This document shows, in pieces, positions 1 through 11,559 of a stretch of DNA of 64,000 nt. Position numbers and translations under genes: made by a program. The notes under the pieces were generated by a model. It searched no databases, was not told the DNA's origin, and saw only the letters and a program-made list of their open reading frames with translations. The stretch spans positions 125,739,256 through 125,803,255 of the forward strand of contig NC_052149.1 in assembly GCF_902713615.1 (NCBI RefSeq). Direction: 5' to 3'. Source of the stretch: Scyliorhinus canicula. Lineage: Eukaryota. Position 1 is the stretch's first letter. Every line of letters starts with the position of its first letter.

Positions 1-50
1 GCTGTGAAGCATTTATGCTAACCACCATGCTACCGTGCTGCCCCTCGTGT

Positions 51-3000
51 AGGAGGGAGGGTTTCAGTTACGTGGATAATTGGAGCACATTCTGGGGAAG
101 GTGGGACCTCTACAAACAGGACGGTTTGCACCTGAACCAGAGGGGCACCAATATCCTGGGAGGGAAATTTGCTACGGCTCTTCGGGGTGGGGGGGGTTTA
201 AACTAATTTGTCAGGGGGCTGGGAAAACGAGCGGTAGTCCAGAAGCCAGTGTTGAGAGTAGTGAGGTACTGAGGAGGATATCAAGGTCGCAGGAGTGTAC
301 CAGCAGACAAGAAGGTGGGTTGAAGTGTGTCTACTTCAATGCAAGGAGCATCTGGAATAAGGTGGGTGAACGTGGAGCGAGGATTGGTACTTGGGACTAC
401 GATGTTGTGGCCATTACGGAAACATGGTCAGAACAGGGACAGGAATGGTTGTTGGAAGTTCCGGGATACAGATGTTTCAGTCAGAGTAGGGAAGGTGGTA
501 AAAGAGGTGGAGGAGTAGCATTGTTAATCAAGGATAGTTTAACGGCTGCAGAAAGGCAGTTCGAGGGGGAGCTGCCTACTGAGGTAATATGGGCTGATGT
601 TAGAAGTAGGAAAGGAGTGGTCACATTGTTAGGGGTTTTCTATAGGCCCCCAAATAGTAATAGAGATGTGGAGGAAAAAATTGGAAAGCAGATTATGGAT
701 AGGTGTGGAGGTCTCAGGATAGTTGTCATGGGTGACTTTAACTTTCCAAATATTGATTGGAATGTCTATAGGTCGAACAGTTCGGATGGGGCAGTTTTTG
801 TACAGTGTGTGCAGGAGGGTTTCCTGACACAATATGTGGATAGGCCGACAAGAGGCGGGGCCACATTGGATTTGGTACTGGGTAATGAACTGGGCCAAGT
901 GTTAGATTTGTTTGTGGGAGAGCACTTTGGAGATAGTGACCACAATTCGGTGTCTTTCACTATTGCAATGGGGAGGGATAGGGCCATACGGCAGGGCAAG
1001 GTTTATAATTGGGGGAGTGGTAATTATGATGCGATTAGGCAAGAATTAGTGATCATAAGATGGGAACAGAAACTGTCAGGGAAAGGCACAAATGAAAAGT
1101 GGAGCTTGTTCAAGGAACAAACTCTGCATGTCCTTGATAGGTATGTCCCTGTCAGGCAGGGAGGAAATGGCCGTGTGAGGGAACCATGGTTCACAAAAGA
1201 GGTTGAATGTCTTGTCAAGAGGAAAATGGAAGCATATGTAAGGATGAGAAAACAAGGTTCAGTTGGGTTGCTTGAGGGTTACAAGGTAGCAAGGAATGAG
1301 CTCAAAAAAGGGCTTAGGAGAGCGAGGAGGGGGCATGAGAAGTCCTTGGCGGGTCGGATCAAGGAAAACACCAAGGCTTTTTACTCTTATGTGAGAAATA
1401 AAAGAATGACCAGGGTGAGTTTAGGGCCGGTCAAGGGCAGTAGTGGGAACTTGTGCATGGAGTCAGAAGAGATAGGAGAGGCGTTGAATGAATACTTTTC
1501 TTCAGTGTTCACCAAGGAGAGGGGCCATGTTTTTGAGGATGAGAGTGTACTGAGGAAGGATGTATTAGCAATTTTGAAAAACCTTAGGGTCGACAAGTCC
1601 CCTGGGCCAGATGGGATATATCCAAGGATTCTTTGGGAGGCAAGGGATGAGATTGCAGAGCCTTTGGCTTTGATCTTTGGGTCCTCACTGTCCACTGGGA
1701 TAGTGCCAGAGGACTGGAGAGTGGCGAATGTTGTTCCTCTGTTCAAGAAAGGGAATAGGAATGACCCTGGTAATTATAGGCCGGTTAGTCTTACTTTGGT
1801 GGTCGGTAAGTTAATGGAAAAGGTCCTGAAGGATAAGATTTATGACCATTTGGAAAGATGCAGCTTAATCCTGGATAGTCAACACGGATTCGTGAAGGGT
1901 AAGTCTTGCCTCACAAATTTGATTGAATTCTTTGAGGAGGTAACTAAGTGTGTAGATGAAGGTAGAGCAGTTTATGTCGTATACATGGATTTCAGTAAGG
2001 CCTTTGATAAGGTTCCCATGGTTGGCTCATGAAGAAAGTAAGGAGGTGTGGGACAGAGGGAAATTTGGCCAATTGGATAAGTAACTGGCTTTCACATAGA
2101 AGACAGAGGATGTAAAATTTTCAGACTGAAGACCAGTTACCAGCGGTGTATCACAGGGATCAGTGCTGCTTCCCCTGCTATTTGTGATTTTTATCAATGA
2201 CTTGGAGGAGGGGGCTGAAGGGTGGGTCTGTAAATTTGCTGATGACACCAAGATTGGTGGAGTAGTGGATGAGGTTGAGGGCTGTTGTAGGCTGCAAAGA
2301 GACATTGATAGGATGCAGAGCTGGGCCGAAAAATGGCAGATGGAGTTTAACCCTGATAAGTGCGAGGTGATTCATTTTGGCAGGACAAATTTGAATGTGG
2401 GATTACAGGGTCAATGGCAGGGTTCTGAGGAATGTGGAGGAACAGAGAGATCTTGGGGTTCATGTCCATAGATCCCTGAAGGTTGCCACTCAAGTGGATA
2501 GAGCCGTGAAGAAGGCCCATAGTGTGTTAGCGTTTATTAACAGGGGGCTTGAGTTTAAGAGCCATGAGGTTATGCTGCAACTGTACATGACCCTGGTGAG
2601 ACCACATTTGGAGTATTGTGTGCAGTTCTGGTCACCTCATTATAGGAAGGATGTGGAAGCATTGGAAAGGGTGCAAAGGAGATTTACCAGGATGCTGCCT
2701 GGATTGGACGGTAGGTCTTATGAGGAAAGGTTGAGGGAGCTAGGGCTTTTCTCTTTGGAGCGGAGGAGGATGAGAGGCGACTTAATAGAGGTTTATAAGA
2801 TGATGAGGGGGATAGATAGAGTGGACGTTCAGAAACTATTTCCTTGGGTGGATGTAGCTGTTACAAGGGGGCATAACTATAAGGTTCGGGGTGGAAAATA
2901 TAGGAGGGATGTCCGAGATAGGTTCTTTACTCAGAGAGTGGTTAGGGTGTTGAATGGGCTGCCTGCTGTGATAGTGGAGTCGGACACTTTAGGAACTTTC

Positions 3001-3143
3001 AAGGGGTTATTGGATAGGCATATGGAGCACACCAGAATGATAGGGAGTGGGATAGTTTGATCTTGGTTTCAGACAAAGCTCGGCACAACATCGAGGGCCG
3101 AAGGGCCTGTTCTGTGCTGTACTGTTCTATGTTCTATGTTCTA
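51..3143 (+). mobile_element. CR1-clade LINE, decayed: ORF1 tail, ORF2 APE endonuclease plus RT, 3' (GTTCTAT)n tail
   Basis: Translation gives YFNARSI, VAITETW, GVFYRPP, MGDFNFP, QHGFVKGKSCLTNL, YMDFSKAFDKV and KFADDTK. Frameshifts near 2020 and 2390. Tail gttctat repeats at 3124-3143. Confidence 0.95.
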
Positions 3144-3624
3144 TATACCACAAACAGCAAAGGTCCCAGCACTGATCCCTGAGGAACACCACCAGTCACA
3201 ACCCTCCATTCAGAAAAGCACGCTTCCACTGCTACTCTCTGTCTTCTTTGACCGAGCCAGTTCTGTACCCATGTTGCCAGCTCACCTTTGATCTGTGCAA
3301 CTTCACCTTCTGTACCAGTCTGCCATGAGGGACCTTGTCAAAGGCCTTACTGAAGTCCATGCAGATAACATCCACTGCCCTACCTTCATCAATCATGTTT
3401 GTCACTTTCTTGAAAAACTCGATTAAGTACATGGCCTCCCCTTCACAAAACCATGCTGCCGCTCACGAGTACGTCCACTTGCTTCCAAATGGGAGTAAAT
3501 CCTATCTCGAAGAATCCTCTCAAGTAATTTCCCTACCACTGACGGAAGGCTCACCGGCCAGTAATTTCCTGGATTATCCTTGCTGCCCTTCTTAAGCAAA
3601 TGAACAAAATCAGCTATTCTCCAA
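3144..3624 (-). mobile_element. CR1 RT fragment
   Basis: Minus-strand ORF LIEFFKKVTNMIDEGRAVDVICMDFSKAFDKVPHGRL; runs into the gap. Confidence 0.85.
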
Positions 3625-4124
3625 NNNNNNNNNNNNNNNNNNNNNNNNNNNNNNNNNNNNNNNNNNNNNNNNNNNNNNNNNNNNNNNNNNNNNNNNNNNN
3701 NNNNNNNNNNNNNNNNNNNNNNNNNNNNNNNNNNNNNNNNNNNNNNNNNNNNNNNNNNNNNNNNNNNNNNNNNNNNNNNNNNNNNNNNNNNNNNNNNNNN
3801 NNNNNNNNNNNNNNNNNNNNNNNNNNNNNNNNNNNNNNNNNNNNNNNNNNNNNNNNNNNNNNNNNNNNNNNNNNNNNNNNNNNNNNNNNNNNNNNNNNNN
3901 NNNNNNNNNNNNNNNNNNNNNNNNNNNNNNNNNNNNNNNNNNNNNNNNNNNNNNNNNNNNNNNNNNNNNNNNNNNNNNNNNNNNNNNNNNNNNNNNNNNN
4001 NNNNNNNNNNNNNNNNNNNNNNNNNNNNNNNNNNNNNNNNNNNNNNNNNNNNNNNNNNNNNNNNNNNNNNNNNNNNNNNNNNNNNNNNNNNNNNNNNNNN
4101 NNNNNNNNNNNNNNNNNNNNNNNN
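3625..4124. other. Assembly gap (500 N)
   Basis: Run of N in the sequence. Confidence 1.
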
Positions 4125-6591
4125 TGATGTCTCTGATCGTGTTTTTGGGATCCTTAAGGGGGAGGGGGAGCAGCCCCAAGTCGTGGTCCACATAGGTACC
4201 AACAACATAGGTAGGAAGAGAGATGGGGATTTGAGACAGAAATTCAGGGAGCTAGGGTGAAGCTGAGAGCTAGAACAGAGTTGTTATCTCTGGGTTGTTA
4301 CCCGTGCCACGTGCTAGCGAAGTGAGAAATAAGGAGAGAGAGGGATTGAACACGTGGCTACAGGGATGGTGCAGGAGGGAGGGTTTTGGTTTCCTGGATA
4401 ATTGGGGCTCATTCTGGGGTAGGTAGGACCTCTACAAACAGGATGGTCTTCACCTGAACCAGAGAGGTACCAATATCCTGGGGGGGAGATTTGCTAGTGC
4501 TCTTCGGGGGGGAGGGGGGTTTAAACTAATTCAGCAAGGGGATGGGAACCTAAATTGTTGCCCCAGTGTGCAGGAAGTTGAGAGTAGTGAGGTCAGGGAT
4601 AGGGTTAAAAGTTCGAAAGAGGGCACCGGCAAGCAAGACGCTGGTTTGAAGTGCGCCTACTTCAACGCCAGGAGCATCCGGAATAAGGTGGGTGAGCTTG
4701 CAGCATGGGTTGGTACCTGGGATCTCGATGTTGTGGCGATTTCGGAGACATGGGTAGAGCAGGGACAGGAATGGTTGTTGCAGGTTCCAGGATTTAGATG
4801 TTTCTGTAAGAACAGAGAAGAGGGTAAAAGAAGTGGCATTGTTAATCAAGGAAAGTATTACGGCGGTAGAAAGGACGTTTGAGGACTCGTCTACTGAGGT
4901 AGTATGGGCCGAGGTTAGGAACAGGAGAGGAGAGGTCACCCTGTTGGGAGTTGTCTATAGACCTCCGAATAGTTCCAGAGATGTGGAGGAAAGGATTGCA
5001 AAGATGATTCTCGACAGGAGCGAGAGTAACAGGGTAGTTGTTATGGGGGACTTTAACTTTCCAAATATTGACTGGAAATACTGAAGTTCGAGTACTATAG
5101 ATGGGTCAGTTTTTGTGCAGTGTGTGCAGGAGGGTTTTTTGACACAGTATGTATAGGCCAACTAGGGGCGAGGCCACATTGGATTTGGTACTGGGTAATG
5201 AACTCAGCCAGGTGTTAGATTTAGATGTAGGTGAGCACTTTGGTGATAGTGATCACAATTTGGTTATGTTTACTTTAGCAATGGGCAGGGATAGGTATAT
5301 ACCGCAAGGCAAGAATTATAGCTGGGGGAATGGCAATTATGATGCTATTCGGCAAGATTTAGGATGTATAGGATGGGGAAGGAAACTGCAGGGGATGGGT
5401 ACAATCGAAATGTGGAGCTTTTTCAAGGAACAGCTACCACGTGTCCTTGATAAGTATGTACCTGTCAGGCAGGGAGGAAGTTGTCGAGCAAGGGAACCGT
5501 GGTTTACTAGGGAAGTTGAAGCACTTGTCAAGAGGAAGAAGAAGGCTTATGTTAGGGTGAGACATGAAGGCTCAGTTAGGGCATTTGAGAATTACAAGTT
5601 AGCCAGGAAGGACCTAAAGAGAGAAGTGTAGAAGGATAGGTTAGTAAATTTGCAGATGACACGAAGGTCGGGGGAGTTGTGGATAGTGCTGAAGGATGTT
5701 ATCGGATACAGAGGGACATAGATAAGCTGCAGAGCTGGGCTGAGAGGTGGCAGATGGAGTATAATGCGGAAAAGTGTGAGGTGGTTCACTTTGGAAGGAG
5801 TAACAGGAATGCAGAGTACTGGGCTAATGGCAAGATTCTTGGTAGTGTAGATGAACAGAGAGATCTCGGCATCCAGGTACATAAGTCCCTGAAAGTTGCC
5901 ACCCAGGTTAATAGGGCTGTTAAGAAGGAATATGGTGTGCTAGCCTTTATCAGTAGGATTGAGTTTCGGAGCCACAAGGTCATGCTGCAGCTGTACATAA
6001 CTCTGGTGCAGCCGCTCCTGGAGTACTGTGTGCAGTTCTGGTCACCACATTATAGGAAGGATGTGGAAGCTTTGGAAAGGGTTCAGAGGAGATTTACTAG
6101 GATGTTGCCTGGTATAGAGGGAAGGTCTTACGAGGAAAGGCTCGGGGACTTGAGGTTGTTTTCGTTAGAGAGGAGAAGGCTGAGAGGTGACTTAATAGAG
6201 ACATATAAGATAGTCAGAGGGTTAGATAGGGTGGACAGTGAGAGTCTTTTTCCTCGGATGGGGATGACCAACACGAGGGGGACATAGCTTTAAATTGAGG
6301 GGTGGTAGATATAGGACAGATGTCAGAGGCAGTTTCTTTATTCAGAGAGTAGTAGGGGTGTGGAACACCCTGCCTGCATCAGTAGTAGACTCGCTAACTT
6401 TAAGGGCATTTAAGTGGTCACTGGATAGACATATGGATGAAAATGGAATAGTGTAGGTCAGATAGGCTTCAGATGGTTTCACAGGTCGGCGCAACATCGA
6501 GGGCCGAAGGGCCCATACTGCGCTGTAATGTTCTATGTAATGGTCTATGTAATGTTCTATGTAATGTTCTATGTAATGTTCTATGTTCTAT
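4125..6591 (+). mobile_element. CR1-clade LINE copy 2: ORF1 esterase remnant and internally deleted ORF2
   Basis: VHIGTNNIG, VVISGLLPVPRAS and DGLHLN (SGNH-esterase-type ORF1). YFNARSI endonuclease. Deletion near 5627 joins to KFADDTK. Tail (taatgttctatg)n at 6526-6591. Confidence 0.93.
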
Positions 6592-6599
6592 GTGGAGAA

Positions 6600-8833
6600 G
6601 TTTGGATTCTCTGTCGGCCGACGGCGAAATCGGGAAAGGTGGTTGGGTGGAGAATCGGTCATGAGGCCAAAATCGTGGCCAGAACCGAGCACCCGCCAGA
6701 ATGCCACGCGCTGGTGCCTCGACAGCGGCGTCAACGCGTTCTACTCCGCACGTACAGTAAACGGCATCCGCATATCATCAGCGGGCGTGACCCGGTATTT
6801 TCCGGGGCCTCCGCGATGCTCCGCTTCGGCTGGGTGGAATTACCGACGGCGGGTTTCACTTGTGGTTTCAAAAATGATAAACAGACGCCGTAGCCGAGGG
6901 AGAGGAGGTAGGACATGCGGAGATCATGGGCTGCTGGTTCTAACATTGGCTGGGCTGGCTGGCGGTGGGGGTTGGGGGGGGCATCTGCCAGGCCTGGCAG
7001 GGGGCAGTGGAGGGTGACCAGGGGATAGGCTATGAGGTCGTGGTGACCCCCGATGGTATGGTGTTCTTTGTGCTTCTTGTTCTCAGGATGGATGTTGTTG
7101 CGTTCACAAAGACCACAGAAGCTAAGTTCATTAACAAAGCTAACATTTATTTACACTACTTATTGACAAAGCCGTGCTGGCTCAGTCCTATTTGACCATG
7201 CACTTCCAAGTACTCCACAATCTCATGTTTAATAACAGTGCCGGAAGAAACTGCACAACGTCTCAGGGCAGCCAGAGTGAGTTGGCTGCTCCGTGCCCCG
7301 GCACTAACCCCACCCCCCACATACCCATAACCCAGCCCCTTGCCCCCTCAGGGGAGGGCAGAACTCCTACCCTACCCCACATGCTAACGCCCAGGCCATC
7401 CGCCATGGCTGGGTGCCCTGGCCACTGATGCCATTGTCTACCCAACCCCTAGGCTGCATGCGTTGGACCGTCCAACAATTCTGTTCTATGTGTTCCCACC
7501 CAGAACCCCTCCCCCCCGCTCGCCCAAGGAGAAGGCCGAGCACAACCGCCAGGAGTGGGAGAAGACCGGAGGGAGACTACCAGAACTGTGGCCCCTCACC
7601 ATGCCCGAGCAAGGGCCCTGAATGTGGCCCAGAGGAACGGGAGGGCGCCCCGGGATGGGGTGTGATTACGGGCGAGGAAGTGAGACCCCGCTGAGTTGCA
7701 GTTCCCCATGGCACGTGTGTCGAGATACCCCCTCACCTCCACATCCCCCACCTCCACACCCGTCACCCCCAAACCCCCCTCAAGCCCACACCACTCTGGC
7801 CCGCTGTCTGATCATACATGTTGCCTTGTGTCTTGCAGGACCTGCCGGAGATGGGGCGGGTCCATCCCGGGACCCCTGCCCCCAGCCAGTGCCAGTGCCA
7901 GTGCCCCCTGGGCCAATTAGCTGCCGCACAGACGGGTCCCGGGCTCCTGGACCCTTGTCACGGGGCAGGATTTGTAGGAGTGTTTCCAAGGCCTGAGTAT
8001 TGAGCCAGCCTTTACGTGGGTTTCCTCCTTCATAGTTATGGCTTAACTTAATAAATATAGAGCAACAAACACAACAACCTGGTTAAGATGGCTTCATTAT
8101 CCTAAGCTTGGTTTTGTGTACACGAGAGAGAGATCTGGATAAATGCCAGGATCTTGTGTTCATTTCAAAGTTGTTTTTCAGACATTGCCAACCGTCTATC
8201 GCAGTCAGTTCCTGTCCTCCTCATTGTTCATCTAGGGGCAGCATACCAAAGCTGGTTTCCTCTTTACTCCATGGATTGTTTGAGACAGGATATTGGGGCC
8301 ACTGATATAAACTGTTTACCATGTAATTTGCTGACCGCACAGTGGGTGAGCAGCAAGATGGCTGCCGTAATGGTGGTCGGTGCATGGGCACCGCCAAATC
8401 CTGTGGGGGAGTACCCCAGCTGCTCGGCCTGTTCCCCCCTCCCACGGCCCAGGCAGGGGCCCACCCCAGCCAGCCCGGCCAGTGTCTGGGCCGATAGCCT
8501 GCAGTCACTCCACTCCGTGTCCTACCTCCTCCTACCTCCTTCCTACCTCCTCTCCCTCTTTCTCAACAGCCATAATGCCAGGCTCACGGTGTTTGAGACC
8601 AAAAGTGAACAGCGCCGTCGGGAACTAAGGTCCCGGAGAATAGAGGGTCAGCCCGCTAATGATATGTCAATGGTGTTTAAACGCCGCATGGCAAGCGCCA
8701 CATTTTACCATTTTGGGGGTGCAGGAAAATCCCAATTTGGCGGCAAACCAGCGCCTACTGTGATTTTGGCGGCAAAAGTTATTTCCACCCAATCCTGTTT
8801 CACGATTTCGGCGTCAGCTGATGCTGAATCCCG
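6600..8833 (+). mobile_element. PIF/Harbinger-type TIR element with Myb/SANT-like ORF remnant
   Basis: Left end ggattctctgtcggccgacggcgaaatc mirrors the right end (reverse complement gggattcagcatcagctgacgccgaaatc). 7525-7620 translates EKAEHNRQEWEKTGGRLPELWPLT, typical of Harbinger Myb-like partner proteins. Confidence 0.75.
7973..8345 (-). mobile_element. Partial LTR of the same family as the ERV LTR, inverted
   Basis: Reverse complement aligns to 9262-9648 (atcagtggcccc, caatccatggag, cgtgtacac, aaccaagctt, gctggctcaatac, ending ctcctaca). Confidence 0.85.
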
Positions 8834-8900
8834 CACTCTGTCTACCACGAGAGGGACACTCCATTGTGTTCCCTCTGAACAGAGAGAAACAGGCAGAGCT

Positions 8901-9002
8901 CACACAGGGTTTACCAGGATACTGGGCATCCCCATGGTGCAGGGTACCATCAACGACACACACAGGGATTTATCCAGGATAATGGGCATCTGCATGGTGT
9001 AG
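8901..9002. repeat. Diverged ~58-bp tandem repeat (left part)
   Basis: cacacaggg..accaggat..tgggcatccccatggtgcag units start at 8901 and 8959. The same unit recurs at 19641-19770. Confidence 0.75.
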
Positions 9003-9004
9003 GG

Positions 9005-9648
9005 TCAAGGGGGAATCCAGAGATGAGACCTCTTAAAACTGAATAGCTAGGATGTCACTAGAATAGTTCTACATAAATTAGTTTATTAAGGATTGAGATT
9101 AATCATAGAAAGTATACCCAGTAATCATTATTAACCATTAAACCTGTATTTTAGGACAGAGCAGTGATAATCATGTAAACTCTAGCTACAAGCAGTGGCC
9201 ACAATGCATGATGGGATTTACGCTAACTAACTTGCCCATGTTTTTAAGACACACGGGTTGTGTGGTCAGCAGATTACATAGTGGTCTGAGTAAACATGTT
9301 TTATCAGTGGCCCCAGTATCCTGTCTGAAACAATCCATGGAGTCAAGAGGATGTCAGTTCTAGTACCCTGCCCCTGGATGGACAATGAGTGGGCAGGATC
9401 TTACTGCGATATCAGGATGGGAATGTTTGGGAAAAACGACGTTAAATGGACACAGGATCTTGGTAAACAACAGGTGACAGGGTGGGGTTAAATCTCGCTC
9501 GTGTACACGAAACCAAGCTTGGGATAATAAAGCCACCTTATCCATGTTGTTGTGTTTGTTGCTCTCTGTATTGGGTTGTGCCATAACCACAGGGGAGAAC
9601 CCCACGAGAAAGCTGGCTCAATACACGGGCCTTGAAAATGCTCCTACA
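9005..9648 (+). repeat. ERV 5' LTR
   Basis: Matches 18400 onward, contains AATAAA near 9526, ends ...ctcctaCA just before the PBS. Confidence 0.9.
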
Positions 9649-9653
9649 ATTTG

Positions 9654-9668
9654 TGGTGCAGCGAGCAG
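9654..9668 (+). promoter_or_regulatory. Primer-binding site, tRNA-Ser(UGA)-like
   Basis: TGGTGCAGCGAGCAG matches 14/15 of TGGCGCAGCGAGCAG, the complement of the vertebrate tRNA-Ser(TGA) 3' end as I recall it. It lies 5 nt after the LTR. Confidence 0.75.
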
Positions 9669-10529
9669 TGTCGTCCACAGGATTCTGGCAGAATGATGCG
9701 TCTCCTATGCGGGTGAGTACATTTTAATTTACCACCCAGTAGATAGAGGAGTTGCATGTCAGACGGTCGGATCCATAAGTTGTGCGACCCGAACAAGGGG
9801 TGAAAGTTGCGATAAGGTAGCGGCAGACACACACAACACTGAGAATGCGCTAATGTTGGGTGGGCAAAGACGGACTTTTGTACCACGCCGATGAGCAATG
9901 CAGCATAAACAGCCGCACGTTAAAAAGACTGGAAAGGGTAAGGCCCCGCGACGATTCGATGGAGCCCAAAACAGGGAACTCCCAGTGGAGACAATGATGG
10001 CATTATGAATTAAACCATTGTTATTGAGCATAGGAAGTTGATCAAAAAAATGGCTGTGAGGGGACATGATTCAGAAGCGCCCGAAGCTGAGCAGAGGGCT
10101 TAGTGGGCAGTGCAGTTTAAAGCAATTGCAGCTATCATACTTGCTGCTATGATGACAGTGTCGGAACAGTCAGACATGGAGGGAGGCTCTGATTCAGTGA
10201 CAAGTCAGACAAAGCTGGTGTCATCATTCTGAGTTTGTATGGACAACAAGATTTCAAACCCCACAGCTTAGGGCAGCTGTGGAGAGAAGTGAACCGATTA
10301 GATATCTTTCAAACTTGGCGAAGTAACAGAATTTGAAATGGTTTGGAGAGAAAAAAAACAAAGGAAAATAAATTGGAGCACAAAGTGAACTATTTCAGCG
10401 TGCTATTGATTGGTTTTTAAATTGCCCCAAAACATGTGTGTGAATTACTTAACACAAGACTAAATTGTGGATGTTTTCTTTTACAGGAATTGAGAATTTA
10501 AACTTTGAATTGAACCAATAACCACGATA

Positions 10530-11500
10530 GGGTTAACGATACAAGGAACAGAGCATGAATGCATTGTGGAAGTAGAGGAGGACACTAGTGGAGGTTTGGC
10601 AGATGAGCTACTAGTGGGAGAGAGAGTGAGCAACTTATATGTGGATGGAGCAAGGAAGTATACAGGAGGAGAGCCCCGTACAGCATGGGCTGTAGTGGAT
10701 AGTGAGGATGTATTGATTGCAGGAGAACAGATCCTCGGGAACCACTCAGCACAAATAGCTAAATTGCTTTAACAAAGGCCCTTGAATGGGGCAAGGGAAA
10801 GCGAATCAATGTGTACACTGAAGTAGGGTCACTTTTGGCGTAGTTCATGACTATTTGACAGCTTGGAGTAGGCGAGGGTTTGTGACCTCCAGTGGAGGAC
10901 ACATACAGCATCAGAGTTTAATCATGGACTTGATCCTAGCTGCCCGACAGCCCCATGAAGCAGCCGTGATTAAGGTCTAGGCCCATCGGAGAATTGAGAA
11001 TTATGCACAGCAAGGTAATAGAACATAGAACATACAGTGCAGAAGGAGGCCATTCGGCCCATCGAGTCTGCACCGACCCACTGAAACCCTCACGTCCACC
11101 CTATCCCCGTAACCCAATAACCCCTCCTAAACTTTTTGGGCACTAAGGGCAATTTATCATGGCCAATCCACCGAACCTGCACGTCTTTGGACTGTGGGAG
11201 GAAACCGGATCACCCGGAGGAACCCCACACAGACATGGGGAGAACGTGCAGACTCCGCACAGACAGTGACCCAGCGGGGATTCGAACCTGGGACCCTGGC
11301 GCTGTGAAGCCACAGTGCTATCCACTTGTGCTACCGTGATTCCCTGAATAGTCGGGCCGATCAGGCAGCGAAAGACCTATTAGAGCAGGAATGGGTGGGG
11401 ATGCAGACTCCAGGAATAGCAGCCGTGAAGGCCACAAACAATGCTGATATTGATGTGAGGCAGGTGCAAGAACAAGCACTAGCGGAGGAAAAGGAGGGGT
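10530..11500 (+). pseudogene. pol: ERV pol RNase H domain, disrupted and split by a SINE
   Basis: LYVDGARK..AWAVV..SAQIA; FGVVHDYLTAWSRRGFVTSSG; AVIKV*AH..QGN[SINE]SRADQAAK. Confidence 0.88.
11021..11345 (-). mobile_element. tRNA-derived SINE with CR1-like tail (shark HE1-like)
   Basis: Tail agaacatagaacat at left; tRNA-like head (ggttcgaatcccc on -) at right. Interrupts the RNase H frame. Confidence 0.85.
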
Positions 11501-11559
11501 AGAGAAATAACGGGGGACGGATAGGCCATGATGGAATATGGAGGAGAGAGGGAAAGATA

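Noticed and set aside
3423-4208. ORFs spanning 3423-4208
   Set aside because: They are open only because they run through the 500-N gap.
51-6591. Two tandem CR1 copies around the gap as a false haplotype duplication
   Set aside because: They differ at many positions and carry different deletions and tails, so they look like independent insertions.
10470-10490. Splice-acceptor-like ttttcttttacag before RNase H (foamy-like spliced pol)
   Set aside because: The same bases read as a decayed tether-domain end (NTRL..LLQELRI), so no splice function needs to be invoked.
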